Assembly (NCBI RefSeq): GCF_008065115.1
Contig: NZ_CP042913.1
Coordinates: forward strand, 4,783,257-4,847,256
Direction of reading: 5' to 3'
Length of the DNA: 64,000 nt
Origin: Bythopirellula goksoeyrii
Lineage (GTDB): Bacteria; Planctomycetota; Planctomycetia; Pirellulales; Lacipirellulaceae
Each line of letters begins with the position of its first letter. Positions within the stretch are counted from its first letter, which is position 1. The notes beneath the pieces were generated by a model. That model saw only the letters and a list, made by a program, of their open reading frames with translations, searched no databases and was not told the DNA's origin. A program made the translations under genes and the position numbers. Below, in pieces: positions 1 through 10,168 of this stretch.

Positions 1-1790
1 CCCGCGCGCGGTTGCTCAACTTCAATCATTTGGCTGCTGGCGTCATCCTGATGGTCTTGGCAATGGCGGCCTTGTCACTCAGTGGAAAGTATTCCGACGT
101 CAGCAAGCGGCTTGACGACTTCGTTTCGCAAGATGTCAGTACAATCGACTCGGTCGCAGGTCGTCAGCCTATCTGGGCTGCAAACCTCGAAGCAATTCGC
201 GCTGGCTGGCTTACTGGTTCCGGCGCAGGAACGCATCGCTTCATCTATCCCGCTTATCTCGCCGAGCCAGTGGATGTGGAATACACTCACGCCGAGAACG
301 GTTACCTGCAAATCGCTACGGAAAACGGACTTCCTGGCGTGTTGTTGCTTTTGGGCACGTTCCTCACTTGCATTTATTGGTGTGCATCGAGTCTACGAAA
401 CGCTCGCGGGAATCCCCAGGTGCAAATCATGACGGGCGGTATTGCGGCAGCACTGGCAGCCAGTGCAGTCCATTCACTTGTAGACTTCGTCTGGTTCATA
501 CCTGCATGTACTTGTACGACCCTCTTGCTTATTGCTGCGTTGCACAGGATTCACCAGCTAACTGCGATGGTCCCTCAACAGGAGGCCAGCCGATGCCTTG
601 TGGCCCCAAGTGCTCGTTTCAACTTGGCTCTGGGAGTAACCCTCTCTGGTGTGTGGGCAGTCACGACTGTGTTATCTCCAGCCCGGGTAGCATTGGAATG
701 GGATGCGTATTTGCGTGCGAGTTTGACCAACCAACGCTCGGCGGTGGCGAGGACACGGGCCTCGGAAAGCCGACAAGAGACGCTTGCTGAATCGGAACGT
801 TTAAATGGATCTTCGATGCTTGAGCATCTGAACTACGTTGTGCAGGAGTACCCTCACTCGGCTCGGGCTCATGCTCGGCTTTCAGGTACCCTCCTGGCAA
901 CTTTCGAAGATCTTCAGCAGGATTCCGAAAATCCCATGCCTATCAGCCAAATCCGCGAAGCCGCACTTGCCAGCAGTTTCAACTCAGCTGAGCAACTCCG
1001 AGATTGGATGCACCATGCTTTCGGAGAGCGCAGTCGACTCTTGTATCAGGCCTATCGTCACGCCCGCCGCGCCGTACAACTCTGTCCGCTCCAGGGAGAA
1101 TCCTATCAGTGTCTTGCCGAGTTGTGCTTTTTGGAAAAGCCGTCCTCTTCCAACTTTCAGACTTACGAGCAACAAGGGTTACGAGTCCAACCATGTGACG
1201 GCGAACTGTTGTTCGCTATCGGAAAGAACGAACTGCTCGCCGGCAACGAGACTGAAGCACTTCGACTCTGGGCGAAGGCGTATCAAGGGGCAGGCAAACA
1301 TCGCGATCAAATTATCCGCTTGTCTGTCAACTGGATGCCGGCCTCTCAGTTTGTGGAAGTCTTTCAGCCCGAATGGGACTCATTGAACAACGTCTGGCAT
1401 TTCTACAAGCAAACTGACAATCAGGAGAATCTTGAGTCCCTGCTCGCCTATGCGAGTCAGCAAGCAGACGCAGCCATCCCTGCGATGCACCCTAATGCCG
1501 CAGGAAGTGCGTGGCTCTACCTAGCCAAAATGCAAAATGAGTTGACGGGTCCACAGCTCGCCCTAGATAGCCTTCAGAATGCTTATTTGTTGTCTCCGGA
1601 CCGATTCGCCATTCGCTATGAGCTGGGCAAGTGCCTTCTAGCGCTTCAGCAATTTCCTGCAGCCGAATCCCATCTGCATTGGTGTAACCAACAAATCCCC
1701 AACAATCCCGCGGTCCGCCGTGATCTACAAAACGCCACTCGTGGCCGACTGCAGCAATTGGCCCGTTCCACCCAAACCACGATTCGCTAA
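1..1790 (+). CDS. O-antigen ligase (Wzy_C) domain membrane protein with C-terminal TPR-like repeats; 5' end probably outside the window
   Basis: ORF 12..1790 is open back to position 1 in the same frame. Residues 'HAENGYLQIATENGLPGVLLLLGTF' match the O-antigen ligase core motif. The C-terminal ~350 aa are helical and repeat-like. Confidence 0.55.
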   Translation, partial: RARLLNFNHLAAGVILMVLAMAALSLSGKYSDVSKRLDDFVSQDVSTIDSVAGRQPIWAANLEAIRAGWLTGSGAGTHRFIYPAYLAEPVDVEYTHAENGYLQIATENGLPGVLLLLGTFLTCIYWCASSLRNARGNPQVQIMTGGIAAALAASAVHSLVDFVWFIPACTCTTLLLIAALHRIHQLTAMVPQQEASRCLVAPSARFNLALGVTLSGVWAVTTVLSPARVALEWDAYLRASLTNQRSAVARTRASESRQETLAESERLNGSSMLEHLNYVVQEYPHSARAHARLSGTLLATFEDLQQDSENPMPISQIREAALASSFNSAEQLRDWMHHAFGERSRLLYQAYRHARRAVQLCPLQGESYQCLAELCFLEKPSSSNFQTYEQQGLRVQPCDGELLFAIGKNELLAGNETEALRLWAKAYQGAGKHRDQIIRLSVNWMPASQFVEVFQPEWDSLNNVWHFYKQTDNQENLESLLAYASQQADAAIPAMHPNAAGSAWLYLAKMQNELTGPQLALDSLQNAYLLSPDRFAIRYELGKCLLALQQFPAAESHLHWCNQQIPNNPAVRRDLQNATRGRLQQLARSTQTTIR

Positions 1791-1798
1791 CTCCCACT

Positions 1799-3676
1799 AT
1801 GGCACTCGACCGACTAAAGAAACTGCTCGTTTTCACAGCATTGCTCGCAGTGCCCTGTTTGGCAGCCTACTATCTAGCATTTCTCGTACGATTCGATGGA
1901 GCACTTCCTGAATCGGCCCAGTCTACGTTTGCCTACAGCGTTCTATGGGTGATGTTGGTTAAAGTCGCAACTCTCCTCCATGCTCGGATTCATCAACATT
2001 GTGCACGCTATGTGACGTTTCAGGACATGCTCTCCTTGGTCCGCTCGGTCACGATAAGCTCGGTCGCCATCATGCTGGTTGATGCCATGTTGTTTACCGA
2101 TGTCGTCATCCCGCGAAGCGTCGTGGTGCTCGACTGGGGAACGACGATATTGCTGCTTGCCGCAGTACGGATTGCCCCTCGTTTGGTGCGAGATGGCTAC
2201 TTGCACCACCTGTCTGAGCAGAATGGCTGCCCTGCACTGATTGTCGGTGCCAATGATGCTGGTGAGGCGCTGTTACGCTCTCTGCGATCCAACCCGACGA
2301 TGCCGTACCGCGTGGTTGGTTTCTTGGACGATCGGCCCGAGTACTGGGGACGACGAATCGCTGGAGTTCCCGTGCTTGGAACCCAAACAGACCTGCCCAC
2401 GCTTGTTCTCCAACATCACATTCAAGAGGTCCTCATCACGAGCGGAACGCTTCCAGGCAAGGATGTGCGTCGACTGGTCGAACTAGCAAGCCGCGAGAAG
2501 TTTCGTGTCAAGGTACTCCCAAGTTATGAGCAATTGGTTGGTGAGAAGGTCGACGTCAATCCGCGCTCGGTTGCCATTGCCGACCTGCTCCAGCGTCCCT
2601 CGGTGCAACTCGATGATGTGCCAATTCGCAACTGGCTCACTGGCAAGGTCGTTCTGGTGTCGGGTAGTGCCGGAAGTATTGGCTCAGAGATTTGCCGACA
2701 ACTGGTGGAACTCGCTCCAGCAAAGATCGTGATCGTCGACCGCTCGGAAACGGGCCAGTTCTTTCTCGAACGCGAACTCGGGCAACTCGCTCCCCATATA
2801 GCGGTCGAAGTTGCCATGGCCGATTTGACGGATGCGGGGCGAATGCATTCGGTGTTCGCACAGTATCGTCCCCAGATTGTCTTTCATGCCGCTGCCTACA
2901 AGCATGTGCCACTCATGGAAGCGCACGCGGGGGAAGCAATCAAGAACATCGTGCTGGCCACAAAGAACATGGTCGACCTTGCCGAAGAGTTCAAGGCGGA
3001 TAGTCTGGTCATGATCTCCACCGACAAGGCAGTCAATCCCACCAGCGTGATGGGTTCCTGCAAGCGATTGGCCGAACAATATATCGAAGCCAAGGCCGAC
3101 ACATCACCCTGCCGGATGGTCACAGTTCGCTTTGGGAACGTTCTCGACTCGGCTGGCAGTGTGGTGCCCATCTTCCGCGAGCAAATTGCCCGCGGTGGTC
3201 CTGTCACGGTCACGCATCCCGACATGATTCGCTACTTCATGTTGATCCCCGAAGCAGCTCAACTGGTGATCCAGGCGGGTGCGATGGGTCGCGGTGGTGA
3301 GATCTTCGTACTCGATATGGGCGAACCGGTCCGCATCATGGACCTGGCCCGCGACATGATTCGACTTTCAGGACTCCGTGTCGGCGATGATATCGAAATC
3401 GTCTCTACAGGACTGCGTCCTGGCGAGAAGCTCTACGAAGAGCTCTATAGTACCGACGAACAACATCTCCCCACAGATCACGACAAGATCATGATCGCCG
3501 TCGGGAGGCCGCGAAAACTCGTAGAAGTCCTGCATGATATCCGTCAACTAAGCGAGATTCTTGATGAGCCGAACGAAGCCATCCGCGCGGCGTTGGCTGA
3601 GGTGATACCGGTGATGCGACCCAAAGCTGCATCGCCAATCAAGAACCTTCCTGCTGTCGAGCGGCAGGCGGCTTGA
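1799..3676 (+). CDS. Polysaccharide biosynthesis protein CapD/WbpM/PglF-type (nucleoside-diphosphate-sugar 4,6-dehydratase/epimerase) with N-terminal TM segments
   Basis: 625 aa. Rossmann motif 'VLVSGSAGSIGSEIC' and an extended-SDR catalytic region 'YKHVPLME...SVMGSCKRLAEQY'. N-terminal hydrophobic helices are typical of the CapD family. Confidence 0.8.
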   Translation: MALDRLKKLLVFTALLAVPCLAAYYLAFLVRFDGALPESAQSTFAYSVLWVMLVKVATLLHARIHQHCARYVTFQDMLSLVRSVTISSVAIMLVDAMLFTDVVIPRSVVVLDWGTTILLLAAVRIAPRLVRDGYLHHLSEQNGCPALIVGANDAGEALLRSLRSNPTMPYRVVGFLDDRPEYWGRRIAGVPVLGTQTDLPTLVLQHHIQEVLITSGTLPGKDVRRLVELASREKFRVKVLPSYEQLVGEKVDVNPRSVAIADLLQRPSVQLDDVPIRNWLTGKVVLVSGSAGSIGSEICRQLVELAPAKIVIVDRSETGQFFLERELGQLAPHIAVEVAMADLTDAGRMHSVFAQYRPQIVFHAAAYKHVPLMEAHAGEAIKNIVLATKNMVDLAEEFKADSLVMISTDKAVNPTSVMGSCKRLAEQYIEAKADTSPCRMVTVRFGNVLDSAGSVVPIFREQIARGGPVTVTHPDMIRYFMLIPEAAQLVIQAGAMGRGGEIFVLDMGEPVRIMDLARDMIRLSGLRVGDDIEIVSTGLRPGEKLYEELYSTDEQHLPTDHDKIMIAVGRPRKLVEVLHDIRQLSEILDEPNEAIRAALAEVIPVMRPKAASPIKNLPAVERQAA

Positions 3677-3995
3677 GTTGATGAAGAACCGGATAAACTG
3701 TCAAAGAGCGGGTAATAGAGGCTAGAAGTTAGATACTAGAGGCCAGTAGTAAATTCTGACCTATTGGGCATTGGAAATTGGTCATTCCTTTGTTGCGTGG
3801 GCTGTGCAAACTGCATGAATCCTTCTCACTTCTGCGCACCGTTGGGGTGTTGTTGTCTTGCTCCGTTTCTTGGAAATCGAAAATCCAAAAAAGAATTAAT
3901 TCATTTCGCCGGCCACGTATTGCCACAAATCGTTGTGGAGTAGCGACTTGCGAGATCGCCTCCTTCTCACGTTTTTGGAGTTTTTGAAAAAGAAC

Positions 3996-4166
3996 CCCAC
4001 CAAACTTGTCGCTGCTTAGTCTTAAATCGTGCCAAATTCAAGCAGCGCGCAAACCTAGCACGAGCAAACCCGTGAGACTCTGCGGGCGCTGGTGCGTTCT
4101 TAGGACTTCTAGCATGCTCCATCATCTAGATGCCGGGGGGGAAATCTACAACGATTTTTGTGCCAG
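3996..4166. repeat. Copy 1 of a ~175-nt conserved non-coding element (core of a diverged ~498-bp tandem duplication)
   Basis: Segment 4043-4166 aligns by eye at high identity with 4541-4666, e.g. 'gcgagcaaaccc..gcgggcg..gtgcgttc' and 'atgccgggg..aaat..cacaacgatttttgtgcca'. Additional shared motifs lie upstream at the same ~498-bp offset ('ctgcgcaccg' at 3828 and 4327). Confidence 0.6.
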
Positions 4167-4487
4167 TTTGTGGGGAACTGGGATCTGGGGCTAAGAACTT
4201 GAGTAGGAGTATACAGTACGTAACCACTACTCTTCCTCAGCCCCTGACTCCCAACCCCCTCTAAAGTCGAGAGCCAGACTTGTTAGGCCGCACGGGCTGT
4301 GTAAAGTTCATGATTCTATCTCGATCCTGCGCACCGAAGCAGGAGTTTTGTCCCCGCACATTTTGTCGCAAACCTTCTCTACAAAACAAAACCCCCTCTC
4401 ATTACGTCGGTTCGTTGGGCTTCAACTCGTTGGCCGATCATGACTTACGCGAATTATGTTGGCTTTTCCGTGACGGGGTTTTGTAAA

Positions 4488-4666
4488 CACAACTCCACCG
4501 AACTAGCCGCTACTTGCTCGTCCAAATCGCCAAACTCTTTCAGCGCGCGGACCTAGCGCGAGCAAACCCGCAAGACCCTTGCGGGCGATAGTGCGTTCCT
4601 ATTACCTATCGCACGTACCATTATCAGGATGCCGGGGAGAAATTCCACAACGATTTTTGTGCCAAA
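4488..4666. repeat. Copy 2 of the conserved non-coding element, immediately upstream of the IS
   Basis: See copy 1. The internal hairpin 'cccgcaag-acc-cttgcggg' is a perfect 8-bp stem here, whereas copy 1 has 'cccgtgag-act-ctgcggg'. Confidence 0.6.
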
Positions 4667-4739
4667 CGGAAAACGACCGCGCAGCGATCATTGGCTAGTC
4701 GCGAACGTTAGTGACCGGTCCAGTAAAAGGGGACATTCT

Positions 4740-5717
4740 GGCTCTGTAGAAAACATCCCGTGCTAGCTAAACATTGACGCAGGCGGCACTCGTATAGAGT
4801 GCATGTCAGTTACCAGTAAGTCTCCGATTCAAGTCGTGTTGGCCGCGCTTGCTACTGCGCGTCGTGGGCTGCCTGCCTATTCTCACATTTGTAGCCCCAA
4901 GACATTCACCCAGCATCAGCTGTTTGCCTGCCTTGTTCTGAAGAACTTCCTTAAGACCGACTATCGAGGCGTGGTTGACCATTTAGTCGATCATTCGAAT
5001 CTGGTGGAGTTACTAGAATTAACCAGGATTCCTCACTTTACGACACTTCAAAAGGCGTCGCGTCGACTCTTGGCGGCTGACAAAGCCAAACGTCTGATGG
5101 ACGCCACCGTCCGACAACAAATGGGGCGACGGAAGCGGGTAAGTTCGGCGGCGATTGATTCCACTGGATTGCAATGCGGAACAGCAAGCGCCTACTTCGT
5201 TCGCCGTCGCAAAAAAGTCGAAAGTCCCTGGAAAACCGTGGTTTATCACAACTATCCCAAGTTGGGCATTGTTTGTGACACCAGCAATCACTTCATCCTG
5301 GCATTCCAAGCTGGTCGCGGACCACGACCTGACATAGACGAGTTCCGTCCGCTAGTTGCTGATGCCTTGAAACGAGTGCGGCTCTCTCTGATGACTGCCG
5401 ACGCCGGTTACGATTCGGAGCCCAATCACCAATTCGCCCGCGATGGACACGGCATCCGTACGGTCATCCCTCCCAAGCATGGCAGGCCGACTAAAAAGCC
5501 AGCCAGAGGTCACTACCGTCGCTTAATGCAAACCCGCTTTGATCGAGAAATCTATCGAAATCGGGTGCAAGTCGAGACCGTGATGTCGATGATCAAGAGA
5601 AGGCAGGGATCCCACGTACGTGGGCACAAATATTGGAGCCAATGTCGAGACCTAAGATTGATCGCACTCACCCACAACATCATGATTCTTGTGCTTGTTG
5701 AGGTTTTCTACAGAGCC
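4740..5717 (+). mobile_element. IS4/IS5-family insertion sequence (~978 bp) with 15-bp perfect terminal inverted repeats
   Basis: IRL 'ggctctgtagaaaac' at 4740-4754 is the exact reverse complement of IRR 'gttttctacagagcc' at 5703-5717, and 2 further flanking bases match (18 bp, 1 mismatch). The element encloses a DDE transposase ORF. Confidence 0.8.
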
Positions 5718-6074
5718 GACCTGTCCCGTTTTTTCCGCCTCTCGTTCTCTCGTAAAAACGAGAAGTCGACTCCCAACTTGCGTATCTTGCTAAGAGATAC
5801 TTCTGCCAGTTGGACGCGGACAAGTAATTGCTTTGACGAATCTAGGACTTTTTTCTCGGAGTCCGGGTATACTACCAGGTGTTCGTCCACTTGCGATTCG
5901 GCGAAAGCGACTAGCTGTGAGGAGTTTGAGATGCAACATATCGCAAGAAGACAACCTAGTATTCGCATAGTTTTTCCTCCAAGTATTGACTGGCAAGTAC
6001 TCTGTGAGAGTTTACTCCCTGCGTCGGAATGCGACCTAGACCAACCCTCGCATCTGGATGGCAGAGCAGGCTGA
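4803..6074 (+). CDS. IS4/IS5-family DDE transposase. The conserved part ends near the IRR at ~5717; the last ~119 codons read through into flanking DNA
   Basis: D ('AIDSTGL'), D ('TADAGYDSE') and the Y-2-R-3-E-6-K signature ('[15 protein letters not shown]') are present. The ORF has no stop before the IRR and continues into non-IS sequence. Confidence 0.8.
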   Translation: MSVTSKSPIQVVLAALATARRGLPAYSHICSPKTFTQHQLFACLVLKNFLKTDYRGVVDHLVDHSNLVELLELTRIPHFTTLQKASRRLLAADKAKRLMDATVRQQMGRRKRVSSAAIDSTGLQCGTASAYFVRRRKKVESPWKTVVYHNYPKLGIVCDTSNHFILAFQAGRGPRPDIDEFRPLVADALKRVRLSLMTADAGYDSEPNHQFARDGHGIRTVIPPKHGRPTKKPARGHYRRLMQTRFDREIYRNRVQVETVMSMIKRRQGSHVRGHKYWSQCRDLRLIALTHNIMILVLVEVFYRADLSRFFRLSFSRKNEKSTPNLRILLRDTSASWTRTSNCFDESRTFFSESGYTTRCSSTCDSAKATSCEEFEMQHIARRQPSIRIVFPPSIDWQVLCESLLPASECDLDQPSHLDGRAG

Positions 6075-6213
6075 ACTTCGGCGAAAATTGGGTGTCTTTC
6101 GCTCAAAGCCCTTTGAGCGTAAAATTAGGGATTCTCTAGCACTTGAGCGAGCCTCCAGGGAGCAACATTCGCTGGCCAGGCTCAGCCGTTTTCAAAATCA
6201 GGCCCTACGAACA

Positions 6214-7611
6214 ATGAAGCCACGTACGCTATTTCAGAAAATTTGGGATAATCATGTCGTCCACCAAGAGGCTGGGCGGCAGGCGATTCTTTATGTTGAT
6301 CTCCACCTGGTGCATGAAGTAACCAGCCCGCAGGCCTTTGAGGGGCTGCGACTTGAGAACCGTCAGGTGCGTCGGCCGGAGCGGACCATTGCCACGGCAG
6401 ATCATAATGTGCCCACCAGTGACCGAAGCTTGCCGATTGCCGATCCCATTTCGAAGCAGCAGATCGATACGCTTCGTCAAAACTGTAAAGAGTTTGGGAT
6501 CACCTATTACGACTTGAACGATCCTCAGCAAGGGATTGTGCATGTGATCGGTCCGGAGCTCGGATACACGCAACCAGGGATGATCATTGTCTGTGGCGAT
6601 AGTCATACCTCGACCCATGGTGCGTTTGGAGCGCTGGCCTTTGGCATCGGCACGAGCGAGGTGGAGCATGTGCTGGCGACGCAGACTTTGTTGCAAGACA
6701 AGCCCAAGACGTTGGAACTGCGAGTCGACGGGGTATTGAAACCGGGAGTAACAGCCAAAGATTTGATTCTCTATTTGATCGGGCAGATCACCACGGATGG
6801 CGGAACGGGCTACTGTGTTGAATACACGGGCGACGCAATTCGCTCGCTCACGATGGAAAACCGCATGACGGTCTGCAACATGTCGATCGAGGCTGGCGCG
6901 CGGGCTGGCATGATCGCTCCGGACGACACAACCTACGATTATTTGCGAGGTCGAAAGTTCGTTCCCAAGGATTTCGAAGCGGCCGTGGCCAAGTGGCGTG
7001 AGTTGCCGACCGATCCCGGTGCCGAATATGACAAGTCCCTCGTGTTCCAGGCTGCTGATATTGCTCCCCAGGTAACTTGGGGCACCAACCCGGGGTTGGT
7101 TGTTTCAGTGAATTCCCATGTCCCCAATCCGGCGGATTTTGCCGATGCAACGGATCAAAAAACTGCCGCGGCGGCACTAGAGTACATGGGCCTTAAGGGG
7201 GGAGAACCGATCACCGATCTCAAGCTCGACCGCGTGTTTATTGGCTCGTGTACGAATGCCCGTATCGAAGATCTGCGGGCTGCAGCTGAAGTCGCCAAGG
7301 GTCGCAAAGTCTCGGAGCATGTCAACGCGATGGTTGTCCCCGGTAGTGGACAAGTGAAGATTCAGGCGGAGCAAGAAGGTCTCGACAAGGTATTCCGTGA
7401 GGCGGGTTTCGACTGGCGGGAAGCGGGCTGCAGTATGTGTCTGGCAATGAACCCCGACAAACTCGCGCCGGGCGAGCGATGTGCCTCGACCTCGAACCGC
7501 AACTTCGAGGGCCGCCAAGGCAAGGGAGGCCGTACCCATTTGGTGTCACCCGCAATGGCTGCGGCAGCGGCAATAGCGGGGCATTTTGTTGATATCCGCG
7601 ATTGGGGGTAG
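6214..7611 (+). CDS. leuC: 3-isopropylmalate dehydratase large subunit
   Basis: '[16 protein letters not shown]' is the canonical LeuC N-terminus. Aconitase-family motifs '[32 protein letters not shown]', '[12 protein letters not shown]' and 'CSMCLAMN' are present. The ORF-track start at 6058 is an upstream in-frame extension. Confidence 0.95.
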   Translation: MKPRTLFQKIWDNHVVHQEAGRQAILYVDLHLVHEVTSPQAFEGLRLENRQVRRPERTIATADHNVPTSDRSLPIADPISKQQIDTLRQNCKEFGITYYDLNDPQQGIVHVIGPELGYTQPGMIIVCGDSHTSTHGAFGALAFGIGTSEVEHVLATQTLLQDKPKTLELRVDGVLKPGVTAKDLILYLIGQITTDGGTGYCVEYTGDAIRSLTMENRMTVCNMSIEAGARAGMIAPDDTTYDYLRGRKFVPKDFEAAVAKWRELPTDPGAEYDKSLVFQAADIAPQVTWGTNPGLVVSVNSHVPNPADFADATDQKTAAAALEYMGLKGGEPITDLKLDRVFIGSCTNARIEDLRAAAEVAKGRKVSEHVNAMVVPGSGQVKIQAEQEGLDKVFREAGFDWREAGCSMCLAMNPDKLAPGERCASTSNRNFEGRQGKGGRTHLVSPAMAAAAAIAGHFVDIRDWG

Positions 7612-7668
7612 AATGGGGAGAAGATCGCTTACCTCACACATAACACACCGCATCCTCTGAAAATAACT

Positions 7669-8412
7669 ATGGCAACCGTCAATACACCCTCTGTCGCTAC
7701 TCAAGTTACCACACCTGTGTGTATCACATTTTCGGCCATCACTTCCTTTGATCGTAATGAGGGCGAGCCGATTGTGATTCCTCCTTCGGCACACACCTTG
7801 AATGGCTTTCGCAAGTGGGCTTTATCGAAAGAATTTCCTGAAAGAGGTAGCCTGTCATTCGTAAATGGAGATTTTTTAATTGATATGAGCCCCGAACGGA
7901 TTGATACGCACAATTTCCTCAAGACTGAAATAACAACCGTAATCGCGATGCTCGTTAAGCAGGGAAAAAAGGGATACTTCTTCTCGGATCGAACTTTGCT
8001 ATCTAACCTTGGCGCGACAATATCTACAGAACCGGATGCGATGTTCATTTCGCGAGATTCACTTTCTCGAGGTAGAGCACAATTCACCCCTCATGGAGAT
8101 CGTCCGCAGGAAGCAATGGAACTGGTGGGGACTCCTGATTGGGTCCTCGAAATCGTCAGCATAAGTTCCAAGAAGAAAGATAAGGTTCTGCTTCGCGAAG
8201 CATATTATCAAGCGGGAATTGGTGAGTACTGGCTGGTGGATGCCTTGGGCGAAGAAATCGATTTTCAAATCCTGGTGCCTGGTGAAAAGGAATATGTTGC
8301 GGTAACAGCCGAAGAGGGTTGGCTGCCATCACCTACTTTTGGCAAGTCATTCCGCCTCGAACGAGCTACCGATGAAGACGGTTTCCTTGAATACACACTC
8401 CACATGCATTAG
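7669..8412 (+). CDS. Uma2-family (DUF820) putative endonuclease
   Basis: 247 aa. The C-terminal 'PDWVLEIVSISSKKKDKVLLREAYYQAGIGEYWLVD' matches the PD-(D/E)xK-like Uma2 core. The gene sits between leuC and leuD. Confidence 0.7.
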   Translation: MATVNTPSVATQVTTPVCITFSAITSFDRNEGEPIVIPPSAHTLNGFRKWALSKEFPERGSLSFVNGDFLIDMSPERIDTHNFLKTEITTVIAMLVKQGKKGYFFSDRTLLSNLGATISTEPDAMFISRDSLSRGRAQFTPHGDRPQEAMELVGTPDWVLEIVSISSKKKDKVLLREAYYQAGIGEYWLVDALGEEIDFQILVPGEKEYVAVTAEEGWLPSPTFGKSFRLERATDEDGFLEYTLHMH

Positions 8413-8442
8413 TCACAATCAGAAGAGCAAATACACAATTAC

Positions 8443-9039
8443 ATGAAATCTTTCAAAAAACACACTGGCAAAGTAGTTGCCATGGATCGGGCGAACGTTG
8501 ACACCGATCAAATCATTCCTAAGCAATTCCTCAAACGGATTGAGAGAACCGGGTTTGGTGAATTCCTGTTCTGGGATTGGGCTCGGCTTGAGGATGGGTC
8601 GCCCAATCCGGAGTTCGAACTCAATCGTCCCCATGCCGAGGGAGCCAGTATCCTGCTCGCGCGACGCAACTTTGGTTGCGGTTCGAGCCGCGAGCATGCC
8701 CCCTGGGCACTGGAAGACTATGGATTCCGCGTGATCATTGCCCCCAGCTTTGCGGACATTTTCTATAACAACTGCTTCAAGAATGGCATGTTGCCTATTC
8801 GACTTCCCGAAGAACAAGTCGAAGAACTCTTTCAGCGAGCCGCCGAGCACGCCCCCTATGCATTGACTGCTGATTTGGAATCGCAGCAGCTCACAGATGC
8901 TCATGGATTCTCAGCCAGAATTGAGGTTGAGCCCTTTCGCCGCCATTGCCTACTGCATGGTCTCGATGATATCGGTCAGACTCTGGAGCATGAGGATAAG
9001 ATATCACAGTATGAGGCGGCACACGGCTTGGCATCTTAG
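8443..9039 (+). CDS. leuD: 3-isopropylmalate dehydratase small subunit
   Basis: '[25 protein letters not shown]...[34 protein letters not shown]' is the aconitase swivel domain typical of LeuD. Confidence 0.95.
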   Translation: MKSFKKHTGKVVAMDRANVDTDQIIPKQFLKRIERTGFGEFLFWDWARLEDGSPNPEFELNRPHAEGASILLARRNFGCGSSREHAPWALEDYGFRVIIAPSFADIFYNNCFKNGMLPIRLPEEQVEELFQRAAEHAPYALTADLESQQLTDAHGFSARIEVEPFRRHCLLHGLDDIGQTLEHEDKISQYEAAHGLAS

Positions 9040-9088
9040 GACCGCCTAGATCATTCGCTCCTGATGGAGAAGGGACCGAGAAAATCAG

Positions 9089-10168
9089 ATGAACCGTTTC
9101 TTCGCCCCTTTTGTGTGTGCCGTGGTCTCAGGATTGCTAGCCGCTGGGATGCCAGCGACGTTGGCTCAAGAATCGGACTTTCCGCCTGCCGAGAATGAAA
9201 CTGACAGATATCAGCTCGAGGAAGTTTTCACGGGACTGAACAATCCTGCTGGCTTGGCTTTACGGCCTCCCTCAGGGGATGACGTAGCAGACGAATTCTT
9301 TTTTGCTGAGAGTGGGGCAGGACGCGTGCTTCGTTTTTCTGTCGATTCTCCAACAGAAAATCATGAAGTTCTAAACGAACTGACAACACACAGGTTAGGA
9401 GCCGAAGACCCGATTGAGGTCGGCCCTTGGGCACTTGGATTTCTGACACCTTCGAAGCTGGTTGTCATGGGTGGAGTCCAGGTCGATGGCGAAGAACAAG
9501 TCGGCGTTTATTTCCTGCCCGAGAATGCGAAAGTTCTATCTGCAAACCAGGTAGATCACTCCGTGGGACCTCTGACAACCGGCGACACCGTCGAGCAGCT
9601 TGGATTCCAGGCCGTGGCAGTAGGTGAGACCTCAGCCTACTTCGCCTCGGGCTCGGAGAACGCAACCGGCCAGATCTACAGTTCTCCACTTGAGGCCAAC
9701 CAACTTGACTCGTTTCGTCCGCTGCTGAAGGAGCAGATCACAGAATGGCCGGCAGGATTATGTCTTAGTCCAGTGAATTCTGCGGGCTCACAGTATCTGG
9801 TAGGAAGCTATCTAGGGGAACTTCAGGAAGCTCGCGATTCACGACTGGTATTTTTCGATCCCTTCTCCGGATCTGTCTTGATGCAGCTCAATTCAGGACT
9901 CTTTGATTTGGTTGGGCTCGCATATAGCCCTTCTGGACGGCTTTATGCAATTGATTTTGCGTGGCAGAAGCCTGAGGCAGGAGGCGTTTATCGCTTGGAT
10001 GATGCCCGCTGGGAGGGCCGGCCTGCCTGTCGGGCCGTAAAAATCGCCAAGGTTGTACGACCAACCAGTTTGGCATTCGCCTCCGATGGAACAATGTACG
10101 TGACCGCTTTTGGATCGAGCGACAAACCTAAACAAGGCAAGATCGTCAAGATTACTGGAGAGTTTTGA
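9089..10168 (+). CDS. Secreted hypothetical protein, probably beta-propeller fold
   Basis: Signal peptide 'MNRFFAPFVCAVVSGLLAAGMPATLAQE'. Repetitive G/S/Y-rich segments. No catalytic motif recognised. Confidence 0.5.
   Translation: MNRFFAPFVCAVVSGLLAAGMPATLAQESDFPPAENETDRYQLEEVFTGLNNPAGLALRPPSGDDVADEFFFAESGAGRVLRFSVDSPTENHEVLNELTTHRLGAEDPIEVGPWALGFLTPSKLVVMGGVQVDGEEQVGVYFLPENAKVLSANQVDHSVGPLTTGDTVEQLGFQAVAVGETSAYFASGSENATGQIYSSPLEANQLDSFRPLLKEQITEWPAGLCLSPVNSAGSQYLVGSYLGELQEARDSRLVFFDPFSGSVLMQLNSGLFDLVGLAYSPSGRLYAIDFAWQKPEAGGVYRLDDARWEGRPACRAVKIAKVVRPTSLAFASDGTMYVTAFGSSDKPKQGKIVKITGEF

Noticed and set aside
3985-4030. Possible tmRNA tag reading frame: 'aaa aag aac ccc acc aaa ctt gtc gct gct tag' would encode ...KLVAA followed by a stop, resembling an ssrA tag end
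   Set aside because: No tRNA-like acceptor/T-arm ('GGTTCGA..CC') or 5' GGGG start is present anywhere in 3677-4740. The motif lies inside the duplicated non-coding unit, and the second copy does not conserve the frame. Most likely coincidence.
6058-6213. Upstream in-frame extension of leuC (ORF-track start 6058)
   Set aside because: The conserved LeuC N-terminus starts at '[16 protein letters not shown]' (ATG 6214). The 52-aa extension is Arg/Leu-rich without homology and overlaps the IS read-through region.
8419-8904. 161-aa minus-strand ORF inside leuD
   Set aside because: Antisense to a highly conserved leuD CDS. Spurious.
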